DNA from: an uncultured Verrucomicrobiae bacterium
Lineage (GTDB): Bacteria; Verrucomicrobiota; Verrucomicrobiia; Chthoniobacterales; JAFAMB01
Assembly (NCBI GenBank): GCA_963762565.1
Contig: CAVXLD010000009.1
Location: forward strand, 96,001 to 160,000
DNA: 64,000 nt
Direction of reading: 5' to 3'
The notes beneath the pieces are model-generated. The model was not told the DNA's origin, did not search any database, and saw only the letters and a list, made by a program, of their open reading frames with translations. Position numbers and translations under genes: made by a program. Below are positions 28,065 to 37,558 of this stretch, in pieces. Each line of letters opens with the position of its first letter. The stretch's first letter is position 1.

Positions 28065-31000
28065 ATGACGAGGGGATCGATCGCCTCGATATTGGCGCGC
28101 AGCGCTCCATTGCAAGAACGTCTGGCTGCTACCGATCCTCAGCAGAATCCCGGAGAGACACCCGCCCTTTTGGAGTGTTGGCGAGGCGCCTTGGATACCG
28201 CAACTCACCGGCTGTTCGATGAGCGGCTTGCGTCGCTCGGCCTTTCCTTGGAACAGGCTCGACTTCAGCTTGGGATGCTTGGGCGCGAACCAAATCGAGA
28301 AAGTAAATGCTTTGATGCATTCTTGAAGGCTTTCTCCTACCCGCCTTACCCCGGCTTTGTTGCTCTCAAACTCCCGTTTGTACCCCTCTGGGCGCCCGCA
28401 GCGTCCTTCGCGCATGACCTGGTCTTCCGAGGCGCAGAGGATAGCCGGCTCATTTCTGAGGATGCTTCTCGAAATTTGTCGCAATCGTTACTGGAGGAGC
28501 TCTGTCGCGTCGCCGCCGAGCCCGTTTATCTCTTGTTTCAAGAAGAGCGTGCCAAGGGGCAGTCGTTTGAGGAATTTGTCAGGCTATCCTTGAAATCGGA
28601 CGGAGAACGGATCTTTGGTCGCTTCCCGGCCCTTGCTCGTTGCCTCCTTGTTGTATTCAGGAACTGGATTAGTGGCACTCAGCTCTTTATGAGGCGGCTT
28701 GCGGCCGATTGGGCAGAGTTCCATGCGTTCCTTCCTGAACTGAAAAGCGATGATCCGATCCAGTCGATTTCGACAGGTTTTTCGGACCGGCACGACGACG
28801 GTCTTCAAGTCTTGCTTGTCGAGTTTTCGGACGGCTCCCGGGTGCTTTATAAACCCAAGGACATGTCGTTGGAGGCGCGGCTGCCCCAAATCAACGAATG
28901 GCTAGACGCGGAAGGTTTCCCGTTCAAACTGAGATTTCCGGTTTCGCTGCAAAAGGAAGGCTACGGATGGTCCGCATTCATCCGGCCGGAGCCCTGTCAC
29001 TCAATCGAAGAGGTAAAAACGTTTTTCGAACACGCCGGGGCTCTCCTCTGCCTCGCCCACACATTGAACGGCAAGGACCTTCTTCTAGAAAACATCGTCG
29101 CCTGTGGCAGCAATCCGGTTCCGATCGATCTCGAAACTTTCTTTCAGCCGCAAGCCCAAAGAGCGGATCGGATCGGTTCGCCTCCCGATCGAGATCCGCC
29201 AGAATGCCTGCGCCGCAGTTCCGTTCTCGAAACCGGAATGCTCCCGTATTGGCACATCGCCGGACTGGATATTCCCTGCGATCTCAGCGGCTTAAGCGGT
29301 TCCAAGGAAAATCTGTCCCAGATCAGGCAGCCCTACTGGGACGCCGTGAACACGGATCAGATGAAGCGTTCCGATCGCGGGTATAAGTCACCGGAGAAAG
29401 CTAACCGGCCCGTTTACCATGGTGCATTTCAACATCCGCGAGACTATGAGGGCGCGCTGGTCGATGGCTTCTGCCAGCTTTATCGGTTTCTGTGCGTCCG
29501 AAAGGAATCATTTATCAATTTCCTGCAAACGTTTTCGAACGCTCGAACGCGACTGATCTTCCGATCAACCCAAATGTACGGGTTGCTAGCGAAGCAATCG
29601 TTAAGAGCCGAAAACCTGACGGATGGAATTCTGCGGAGCTTGGTATTTGAAACCCTCTATCGGCCGGCGCTTAAGGGTAATTATCTATCCAACTTTCTCA
29701 AGGCGATCCTGGATCGGGAGGTACGCTGTTTGGAAAACCTCGATATCCCGAGGTTCTATATTCGCCTCGATTCGGACGCGCTGACGATCGATCACGGGCT
29801 TGAGATCCCGCATTTCCTTGTGGAATCACCCTTGGAAACAGTCAGGCAGCGAGTACTGGCGATGTCCTCAGAAATCGAAGAATATCATGTGGAAAATCTC
29901 CAGGAATCGCTCAGAAGGCAGCCCAGAATGGTTGGCCCGAGTCAGACCCGTGGCGAGATCCTCGACCTCGCTGGCAACCTGGTTGCCGAGATTCTGCGTC
30001 GGAGCAGAAATGACCCTGCAAAAAATCTGTGGCCACTGCCAACCTTCGTGAAGGAGCCTCTTCCCGAGCATGAACGTGACGGGCTCTATTTGGGAGATAT
30101 CGGAGTCGCGATATTTCTGGCGGCTTGGGATTGCGCGGGAGGGACTTCCATTTCAAAAGAACCGCTCGATACGTTGTTCTTGCGGTTGCAAGGTCGTCGA
30201 TTCCCACAAAACATCCCTCTAGGCATTTGCAACGGGCTTGGTTCATACGCCTATGGTTGTCTAGTCCTGGCAAAGCTCACCAAGCAGACCCGGTGGCTCG
30301 AGCTTTCCGACCGGTTTGGGGAAGAGATTTCCGTCGGACGTCTGACATCAGAAGCGGACCCCGATATCGTCTACGGTTTGGCGGGAGCAATTGTTTGCCT
30401 GGTTCGGCTACACCAAGCGACGAAAGACCAGAGTTTCCTGGAACGGGCACAGCAAGGTTTGGACATCCTTAGCTCCAGATTTATACACGGAACAGGGTGG
30501 GTCCGACCGAACGGAGAAGCTTTGGTCGGTTTCGCCCATGGCTCTGCAGGGATCGCTTTTGCTGCCCTGACGTTGGCCGAGGCGTCAAAAGAGGAGCGGT
30601 GTTTAGCACTGGCAAGAGATGCTTTTGCACTAGATCGTGGATTTTACTCGGAATCGGAAAAAAATTGGATGTCCACTACTCAATGCGAGGGAAATGCGTT
30701 GCGAGCTTGGTGCAGCGGTTCGCCTGGCATGACGCTAGCAAGACTAACAGCTCGGCGTCTCATGGAAGATCCGGTCTTAGGCGCCGAAATCGAACGGACG
30801 TGGCGGAGCTTTCCCGATCTGCTCGGCCTCGATCACTGGTGCTGCGGCAATTTAGGACTGGTAGAGCTTCTCTGGCATGCCGCCCGAAAACTCGACCGGG
30901 AAGACCTGCGCACGAAAGCCGACACTTTGCTTGGCAAAACTGTTCAGCGAGCGCTCAGGAGTGCGTTTTCTAGGTTCAATCCCGAGTTGGGCCACAACTT

Positions 31001-31106
31001 CTGTTTCCAACCCAGCCTGTTCCGCGGGTCCGCCGGTTTGGGTTATACGTTGCTGCGGTTTCTGCACCCCGATAAACTGCCTTGTATCCTCGCATTTGAG
31101 GTGTAG
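28065..31106 (+). CDS. lanM: Class II lanthipeptide synthetase
   Basis: Dehydratase motifs SDRH, YKPK, DLLLEN, IDLET and RLIFRSTQMY; LanC-like cyclase with GFAHGSAG, WCSG, WCCGNLG and SLFRGSAG; ATG 28065 chosen because ATG 28020 lies in the hairpin. Confidence 0.95.
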   Translation: MTRGSIASILARSAPLQERLAATDPQQNPGETPALLECWRGALDTATHRLFDERLASLGLSLEQARLQLGMLGREPNRESKCFDAFLKAFSYPPYPGFVALKLPFVPLWAPAASFAHDLVFRGAEDSRLISEDASRNLSQSLLEELCRVAAEPVYLLFQEERAKGQSFEEFVRLSLKSDGERIFGRFPALARCLLVVFRNWISGTQLFMRRLAADWAEFHAFLPELKSDDPIQSISTGFSDRHDDGLQVLLVEFSDGSRVLYKPKDMSLEARLPQINEWLDAEGFPFKLRFPVSLQKEGYGWSAFIRPEPCHSIEEVKTFFEHAGALLCLAHTLNGKDLLLENIVACGSNPVPIDLETFFQPQAQRADRIGSPPDRDPPECLRRSSVLETGMLPYWHIAGLDIPCDLSGLSGSKENLSQIRQPYWDAVNTDQMKRSDRGYKSPEKANRPVYHGAFQHPRDYEGALVDGFCQLYRFLCVRKESFINFLQTFSNARTRLIFRSTQMYGLLAKQSLRAENLTDGILRSLVFETLYRPALKGNYLSNFLKAILDREVRCLENLDIPRFYIRLDSDALTIDHGLEIPHFLVESPLETVRQRVLAMSSEIEEYHVENLQESLRRQPRMVGPSQTRGEILDLAGNLVAEILRRSRNDPAKNLWPLPTFVKEPLPEHERDGLYLGDIGVAIFLAAWDCAGGTSISKEPLDTLFLRLQGRRFPQNIPLGICNGLGSYAYGCLVLAKLTKQTRWLELSDRFGEEISVGRLTSEADPDIVYGLAGAIVCLVRLHQATKDQSFLERAQQGLDILSSRFIHGTGWVRPNGEALVGFAHGSAGIAFAALTLAEASKEERCLALARDAFALDRGFYSESEKNWMSTTQCEGNALRAWCSGSPGMTLARLTARRLMEDPVLGAEIERTWRSFPDLLGLDHWCCGNLGLVELLWHAARKLDREDLRTKADTLLGKTVQRALRSAFSRFNPELGHNFCFQPSLFRGSAGLGYTLLRFLHPDKLPCILAFEV

Positions 31107-31220
31107 GAATCAATCGTTTTTCGGGCTGCTGCTCGCGCTCGTCGTCGTCCTCGTCCTCCGAGCAGAACCCAGTTAGTTTACGGGGCTGATCTAATCGAGC
31201 GCTGTGGCGGAGCCCACGAC

Positions 31221-31454
31221 TGGAGGGAGCCGCTTTGTAGCATTGAAGCTCCATCGGTTGGCAGACAGGCGGCTCCCGAGAACGTCTCCACGTGCCGCAG
31301 TTCTATCGCCGTCGTGTCTCTCCGCCGTACCAAACCAAATGCGATGGGAAATTGCTGCCGCTGGGCAATTCCCGGGAGCCGCTTGTCTACCCCGAAAACT
31401 TTCGGTGGCTGCCAACTTGCATAACTGCCAAGCTACAAAGCGGCTCCCCTCCAG
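31221..31454. repeat. Nested palindromic repeat, family A
   Basis: tggagggagccgctttgtagc...gctacaaagcggctcccctcca with inner ggcggctcccg/cgggagccgc. Confidence 0.85.
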
Positions 31455-31479
31455 GCCCTGGGCGCCAAACGAGCCCTCC

Positions 31480-32352
31480 ATGGAACTTATCTACACCCTA
31501 CACCCCACACCGACGCCCGAAGAGCGGTATCGCATCGTTGATCCGCTGATCGCTTACAACGAGGCACAGGCAGGGCCAAGAAACTCGAAGGAATTCGCTT
31601 TTTTTGTGCGTTCTGAAACAGGTGAGCTCGTCGGAGGGTTATTGGGCTCGACTCACTTCAACCATTTCTTTGTCTCAGCGATTTTCATCGACCAGGAGTT
31701 TCGACGCGAAGGGATTGGGCGTGAACTGATCAGACGCGCAGCAGCTTTGGCGCTTGAGCGAGGGTGCGATATAATCTACCTGGACACCTTCGATTTCCAG
31801 GCACCCGGTTTCTACGAGAAACTCGGGTTCAAAGTTTTCGGGGCGCTGAACGACTATCCGACGGGCCACCGACGTCTCTATTTCGTGAAACGACTTGGTG
31901 CAGGCGGCGAGGCCCAAGGACGCACTACAAAACTGAACTTCACCCTTCAACCCCAGCCAACGCCGGACGAAAAAAAGCGCATCATTGATCCCTTGGTCGC
32001 TTACAACGAAGCGCAAGTAGGGCCTGAGGACTGGAGGGAATTCGCGTTGTCTGTACGCTCAGAGACCGGCGAGCCCGTTGCTGGGCTGTTAGGCTTTACA
32101 CACTGGAACCATTTCTTTGTGGCAGCCCTGTACGTCGAGCAACTATTCCGGAAAGAAGGGATCGGGTGTGAATTGATGAAACGCTCAGAAGCCTTGGCGC
32201 TTGAGCAAGGCTGCGATGTAGTCTATCTGGACACCTTCGATTATCAGGCGCCCGAGTTCTATGAAAAACTCGGGTTTAAAGTTTTCGGCAGATTGGAAGA
32301 CTATCCGCCCGGCCACCGACGTTTTTATCTAGTGAAACGGCTTGGGAGGTAG
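31480..32352 (+). CDS. Tandem-duplicated GNAT-family N-acetyltransferase
   Basis: Two highly similar ~140-aa repeats, each with FRxEGIG and YLDTFD(F/Y)QAPxFYEKLGFKVFG; ATG 31480 lies just downstream of the repeat element. Confidence 0.9.
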   Translation: MELIYTLHPTPTPEERYRIVDPLIAYNEAQAGPRNSKEFAFFVRSETGELVGGLLGSTHFNHFFVSAIFIDQEFRREGIGRELIRRAAALALERGCDIIYLDTFDFQAPGFYEKLGFKVFGALNDYPTGHRRLYFVKRLGAGGEAQGRTTKLNFTLQPQPTPDEKKRIIDPLVAYNEAQVGPEDWREFALSVRSETGEPVAGLLGFTHWNHFFVAALYVEQLFRKEGIGCELMKRSEALALEQGCDVVYLDTFDYQAPEFYEKLGFKVFGRLEDYPPGHRRFYLVKRLGR

Positions 32353-32478
32353 CAGCGTCAAATCCTCGGATCGGCGCGACAGAGAGCGTAGACAACGAAC
32401 AGCCCGTACCAACCATTTCGCCCCTGCTCACCACGGCCTCGCAAGCGAGGCAGCGCTCCACGGTCCCCGGCCTGCGCC

Positions 32479-32847
32479 CTACTGCCTCGCGGAAACGACC
32501 TTGTTACCGTGTCCCATGGTTTCGACTTTTGGCTCCGCTCCATTCAGTCCCCGACGATAGGTCAACAAGTTATTGTGGCCCGAGGCAACAATCTCGCCGA
32601 CCGCATCCAGCACGACTTTATTATCGTGCCCGAGAATCTGGACCTTCGAACATTCTCCAGTGATGGTGATTTCGTCATCGTTACCAACGATCACGAAATC
32701 TTTGCCGCCGCCTTTATATTTTAGCTTCTGCTGAGTTCCAACGATCTCCTCTACGTTGCCGGATCTACCGGTTGCCAGGTTTTGCCCCAGAACCAAAGGA
32801 GCCGAACAGGCAATCATTGCCAAGACAAACCAGGAAAGGGTTTTCAT
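32479..32847 (-). CDS. Secreted DUF3060-like beta-repeat protein
   Basis: Signal peptide; IVGNDDEITITGECSKVQILGHDNKV...GHNNLLTY pattern. Confidence 0.75.
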   Translation of the reverse strand: MKTLSWFVLAMIACSAPLVLGQNLATGRSGNVEEIVGTQQKLKYKGGGKDFVIVGNDDEITITGECSKVQILGHDNKVVLDAVGEIVASGHNNLLTYRRGLNGAEPKVETMGHGNKVVSARQ

Positions 32848-32871
32848 GCGGTTTGGACTTCTTGCGTTTCT

Positions 32872-34062
32872 CTAGCTCTTCGGTGACGGCGATGGCGCGT
32901 GTGCCGTTACCAGACCTTCCAGCACAAGGCGCTTTGCCAGAGTGAGCTTTCCTTCTCCATCCAAAGGCCCGGGAATCTGCGAGACCTGTACGATGTCATG
33001 GCTGAAAATGTAATCCAGCGATTGCCGGGTGGGTTCTGGAAACAGAATCTCGTTGTTCGAGCAGGTAATGCTGACACCGTCGGCCGTGTTGTCGAATCGG
33101 AAAATCAAATCTGGTCGTTTTTTGATGATACTTCCCGTCCCAAGGCGATCAATTTCGATCACGTTGAAAAGCTGGTCTCGGGTTTCTGGACCCTGGTTAC
33201 GAATCAGCTCGTTTGCGAAGCCGTTTAAGGTCGATTCGAAATCAATTTTATCTGGCAAGGCGTCCAGCAGCTTCCGGAGCTCGTTCTTGGCCTGGCTGAC
33301 GTCGAAACCGGGGTTGGCAAAACCGACAGGTAGCGAGCGGCGGAAGGAGACATCCTTAAGGCACGCTAAGGCCAGGGCTTCGAACAAGAAATCCGACCAA
33401 GTGATCGAGTTGGCGCCCAGGGTAATGTGCAAAGAAGTAGACTCATCCGAAATCGCTTCATGATACAACCCTCTGGGCATGTAAAGAAGGTCTCCCTGCT
33501 GGAGAACGAACTTATCGGAAAGCGCTCCAGGTTCCTGCTTGTAGGCACTGTAACCGCGCCCACGTGCCGGCAATTCGACTGGTGCATCATAGATTCTCCA
33601 ATTCTTGGAGCCGGCAATTTGAAGAATAAAAACGTCATGCGTGTCGTAGTGAAGCCTGAAGCCCTGGGACCTCGGGGGAGTTAAGTAAAGGTTCGTTTGA
33701 AACGGGATGCTAGTTTCTGCGGTCAACGATCGACACAGCGCCGTCAGTTTTGGGAGTTTGCGCTGCATGTTCGACAGAACGATTGAGGTTCCCTTAGAAA
33801 ACAATTTAAAAACTGCGACCGGATCTATGGCGCCGTCCGCAAAGGTAAATTCTGCAGCGCTGGTTACCTTCTCTCCGGTAGCCAGACTGATGTCTGGGTA
33901 GCGGGCACCCATCTCCGTGAGAGCGCGGTCAACATCGTCAAGGGAAAGGAGTTCCCGGTAGGTGTCCGGGGATTGGCGCGAAAGGACTAGATGCTTCTTT
34001 TCCCAGTAAGAAGAATAGAACTCTTGCGTCGTGAGTGGCTGGATCAGCTCAGCGAGTTTCAT
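32872..34062 (-). CDS. JmjC/Cupin_4-family 2OG-Fe(II) oxygenase (RoxA/NO66-like architecture)
   Basis: NLYLTP, HxD (HYDTHDVFILQIAGSKNW), distal His (GDLLYMPRGLYHEA), C-terminal winged-helix-like tail. Confidence 0.9.
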   Translation of the reverse strand: MKLAELIQPLTTQEFYSSYWEKKHLVLSRQSPDTYRELLSLDDVDRALTEMGARYPDISLATGEKVTSAAEFTFADGAIDPVAVFKLFSKGTSIVLSNMQRKLPKLTALCRSLTAETSIPFQTNLYLTPPRSQGFRLHYDTHDVFILQIAGSKNWRIYDAPVELPARGRGYSAYKQEPGALSDKFVLQQGDLLYMPRGLYHEAISDESTSLHITLGANSITWSDFLFEALALACLKDVSFRRSLPVGFANPGFDVSQAKNELRKLLDALPDKIDFESTLNGFANELIRNQGPETRDQLFNVIEIDRLGTGSIIKKRPDLIFRFDNTADGVSITCSNNEILFPEPTRQSLDYIFSHDIVQVSQIPGPLDGEGKLTLAKRLVLEGLVTAHAPSPSPKS

Positions 34063-34335
34063 ATGTTTTTCAACCGCTTTGGCAGATATCGAAGTGTTGA
34101 TCTGTGATGATGGTCTAAAGGTCCCATCGAGTCGCCGTTATCGGGCGTCCGATCGTTTGTTTGTGGGTTTAGCGGGTAATCCTCGCAAAACGCCGCCAGC
34201 TCCCAAAAAAAGAATATCGAGCGAGAGTAGGGGTAGCGTGCGGCGAGTAAGACGCGTCGTTTTGATATCCTGATCCTGGAGTTTCCACGCAATCCCTTGA
34301 CCTGGGGTTTGCTCCGGAGGTTGCCCGTCACTCAT
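34059..34335 (-). CDS. Small ORF upstream of the oxygenase, possibly frameshifted at a T7 run
   Basis: The ATG 34335 frame stops at 34138; a second frame runs to TGA 34059, overlapping the cupin ATG (ATGA). Confidence 0.4.
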
Positions 34336-34509
34336 ATGGTTCTTTGGGGAGAATTTTTTTAACAAGGGCGTCGCGCAGCGGTCAAGATTAAAAGGCTTCT
34401 CCTTGACGCCCCTGATCGACCGCGCCAAAAACCAGGAAGCGGGCGGCCGTAGCGGCCGCCCCGCTCTCTTGCTATTTGCTAATTCCTATTCGCGAAGCGT
34501 TGTTCCGGA

Positions 34510-36402
34510 ATGGCGGCGCGGACGGTCAAGATTCATCGGCGGGACGAAATTCCGGTCAGTGATACTTGGGACCTGGGGCAGCTGTTTCCGGTAGAGGAAG
34601 ATTATCAGCGGGTCCTAAATGGAGTGCGCGCCAGATACCTGCGGTATTCTGAGTACAAAGGGCATCTCGGCGGGTCGGCGGTGGGGTTGGCCGACTATTT
34701 GGAATTCGATGCATCGATTGATCGGGACCTGGAAAAGCTGACGCATTATGCTTCGCTAAAAAAAGCGGAGGATGGGTCCGAACCAGCGAATGTCGCTCGT
34801 TGGGCAGAATTACGGAATCTTGGGACCCGGGTCGCCGAATCCAGAGCTTTTGCGGCGCCCGAAATTCAACGCCTGACCGAAGATCAATTTGCGGAATTGA
34901 TCAGTGATCCGATCCTAGAGCCCTGGCAGATTTATCTGGAACGGATACGGCGTTATTTATCCTACACGCTGCCAGCCGGTGAAGAACGGTTACTCTCGCT
35001 CGCTGGTCCCGCTCTTTCCGGCTATAAAGAGATTTTTTCTCAACTGACCAATTTAGATATGAAGTTTGGCCGGTTGACGACGAACCATGGGGAAAGAATC
35101 GAGTTAACTCTTGGGTTAGCCGATTCACTTCTGGCTAACCAGGATCAGGGAACGCGCCGGCGGGCATTTCATAAACTTTATCGTCAAATTGAGAATCACC
35201 GGTTTACTTTGGCTAGCGCTCTGGCGGCCTCCGTGCGGGTTGACGTCTATTATGCTCGCAGCCGCAGGTATTCCTCGGCGCTGGCTGCTGCTCTATTCCA
35301 GGATAACATACCGGTAGCCGTCTACGATAATCTGGTGGCATCGGTCCGTAGCAATCTTCCACTGGTTCACCAGTACTATGCCTTGCGCCGACAGACGTTC
35401 GCCAGGGCTAAGCTTTACTATCATGACACGTTCGTCAGGATCGCACCGGACATCTATGTTCATACCCAATTCGATGAAGCGATCGATCTGGTATGCGAAG
35501 CCTTGGCTCCGTTAGGGAAGGAGTACGTCCAAGGGTTACGAAATGGTTTTAATGCTCGCTGGGTTGATCGGTATGAGACCCCGGGCAAACGGACGGGATC
35601 GTTCTCGTCATCGAGTTATCGTAATCCGCCGTTTATGCTGTTCAATTATCGGACGGCTACAATCTCAAGCGTGTTCGCAGTTGCCCACGAAGCCGGTCAC
35701 TCGATGCATACCTGGCTCTCGCAGAGTAGTCAGCCGTTCCGCTACTATAAACCGCCGGCTCTTCTGGCGGAAGTTGCCGCCATGGTCAACGAAGAATTGT
35801 TGACCGATTTTTGGTTGAACCGGACCACCGAACCTAATATCCGGGCTTTTCTGATTGACCGCAGTCTGGAACGACTGCGTTCGGTGTTGGTCCATCAAAC
35901 CATGTTCGCAGAGTTTGAACGCACAATTCATGAGACCGAGGAATCAGGCAGTGGACTTACTTTGGAGTTTTTTCGCCAGACCTATGGCGGGTTGCTGAAG
36001 GAATATCTGGGCTCAGAGATCACGATCGATCCGGAGCTGGAATTGGAGTGTTTACGGATTCCGCATTTTTATTCGGCCTTTTACGTTTATCGGTATGCGC
36101 TCGGGATTTCAGCCGCGACGATGCTGGCAACGAAGATCAAGAACGGAGAAGCGGAATGTCGGTGCCGGTATCTAGAGCTGTTGCGAGCAGGCCGGACTAA
36201 GTTTCCGATCGACGCATTGCTGGATGTCGAGGTTGATCTACGAAGTCCCGAGCCGGTAGCGCATACGATGGACGTTTTTGCTAAGCGGCTAGGTCAGCTG
36301 CGACAGCTCGTGGCCGGGTTCGAAAAATCTCCCACAGCGCAGCGCCCGCGGAACGCGATCAAGGCTGTAAACTCCAAAGGAATTGTGAATCCCTGCGCTT
36401 GA
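34510..36402 (+). CDS. Oligoendopeptidase F family (M3B) peptidase, paralogue 1
   Basis: TWDL, RWVDRYE..GKR, HEAGHSMH, AEVA, RIPHFYSAFYVY. Confidence 0.92.
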   Translation: MAARTVKIHRRDEIPVSDTWDLGQLFPVEEDYQRVLNGVRARYLRYSEYKGHLGGSAVGLADYLEFDASIDRDLEKLTHYASLKKAEDGSEPANVARWAELRNLGTRVAESRAFAAPEIQRLTEDQFAELISDPILEPWQIYLERIRRYLSYTLPAGEERLLSLAGPALSGYKEIFSQLTNLDMKFGRLTTNHGERIELTLGLADSLLANQDQGTRRRAFHKLYRQIENHRFTLASALAASVRVDVYYARSRRYSSALAAALFQDNIPVAVYDNLVASVRSNLPLVHQYYALRRQTFARAKLYYHDTFVRIAPDIYVHTQFDEAIDLVCEALAPLGKEYVQGLRNGFNARWVDRYETPGKRTGSFSSSSYRNPPFMLFNYRTATISSVFAVAHEAGHSMHTWLSQSSQPFRYYKPPALLAEVAAMVNEELLTDFWLNRTTEPNIRAFLIDRSLERLRSVLVHQTMFAEFERTIHETEESGSGLTLEFFRQTYGGLLKEYLGSEITIDPELELECLRIPHFYSAFYVYRYALGISAATMLATKIKNGEAECRCRYLELLRAGRTKFPIDALLDVEVDLRSPEPVAHTMDVFAKRLGQLRQLVAGFEKSPTAQRPRNAIKAVNSKGIVNPCA

Positions 36403-37558
36403 CGAGCCATTGATTATCGCTTGCCCGCACCTGCGCGCCGATAGGATAAACTTTGAGATCAAGAGAGGCGGCCGAAGGCATGCCTATTTCGACCCAGTGG
36501 TGTAGCCGTTCCAGCAACCGTTCTTCGGCTTTATGATTGCCGTACGTGATCAGCCAATCGTCTCGTGCAATTACCAGTGAGCCGCTGGCCGCGTCCCACA
36601 ACCCGAAATAATGATGCTCGGTTGAGTCTTCGAGTTTCGGGGTTTTGAATGCACGAAATGCCGACTCAGTTATGCCTAGAAAGGAGCGGATGCCAACTGT
36701 AGACCAAATTCGAGTGGTTTCTCCTTTGGCACCCCACCAGAAGCGTCTCTTACTGATCTCCCTATTCTGAAGCTGGCTCCACTCCGGTATTGCTCTGTCT
36801 AGCGTATTCGGCTCCAGATCATCGAATTGATATGAGCCCCTAAGTTGCACAAATCCGCACCGCGTCGACCACAAGGATTCGAAGTGATCCTCCGTTTTCC
36901 GCAGTAGAAACAAGTGGTCTCCGCCGCCTTCCGTCTTAATAACCACAAGCAAGAGCCCCTGATCTCGGAGCTGTTCGTAAAAATAGCGCGGCAAATCGAA
37001 GGTTCCGGCCGTAAAGACTGCACGGTCGTATGGAGCCGAATTGTGGCATCCTTGTGCCCCGTCACCGATGAGAATCTGGACGTTTGCGATTCCAAATGAG
37101 GCGATATTTTGGACCGCATTCTGCGCTAGTTCAGGAATGATCTCGACGCTAACGACGTGCCCTTTCTGGCCAACAATCCGTCCCATTAGAGCGGCGCTCC
37201 ATCCACTGCCCGCGCCCAGCTCGAGAACTCTGTCTCCTACCTTTAGTTCCAACAGGTCGAGCATTCTGAGAACTAAAGAGGGTTGTGAAATCGTCGAGAG
37301 AATATTTTGGTCGTCGTTTCCAAACAGAATAAGCGGGCGGTCTGCGTACAGTGTTGCGATGTGCTCCGCCAAACTCTCTGGCTCGACCACCTGCCATTCT
37401 TTGGTGCCCCATTCGCGATAGCGTCTGACAAAGCAATGCCGAGGAGTCGCAAGGTACGCCTGCTTGGTTGCTTCGCTAATCGGGGTGTCTCGATAGAGAC
37501 TCTGCGTCTGCTCCAAAAGTTGTTTCTGGTATTTCTCGATATTCTCCACCCGGCGCAC
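36359..37558 (-). CDS. Protein-L-isoaspartate O-methyltransferase-like protein with a long C-terminal extension
   Basis: TPRHCFV, STISQPSLV, VLELGAGSGWSAA, VSVEI, GDG, PYDR, QLRDQGLL; 399 aa versus ~210 aa for housekeeping Pcm. Confidence 0.88.
   Translation of the reverse strand: MRRVENIEKYQKQLLEQTQSLYRDTPISEATKQAYLATPRHCFVRRYREWGTKEWQVVEPESLAEHIATLYADRPLILFGNDDQNILSTISQPSLVLRMLDLLELKVGDRVLELGAGSGWSAALMGRIVGQKGHVVSVEIIPELAQNAVQNIASFGIANVQILIGDGAQGCHNSAPYDRAVFTAGTFDLPRYFYEQLRDQGLLLVVIKTEGGGDHLFLLRKTEDHFESLWSTRCGFVQLRGSYQFDDLEPNTLDRAIPEWSQLQNREISKRRFWWGAKGETTRIWSTVGIRSFLGITESAFRAFKTPKLEDSTEHHYFGLWDAASGSLVIARDDWLITYGNHKAEERLLERLHHWVEIGMPSAASLDLKVYPIGAQVRASDNQWLVKRRDSQFLWSLQP

Noticed and set aside
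31204..31479. 92-aa N-terminal extension of the GNAT (similar extensions on thpR, larC and the DD-carboxypeptidase)
   Set aside because: These are translated repeat or intergenic DNA; the recognisable domains start at downstream ATGs.
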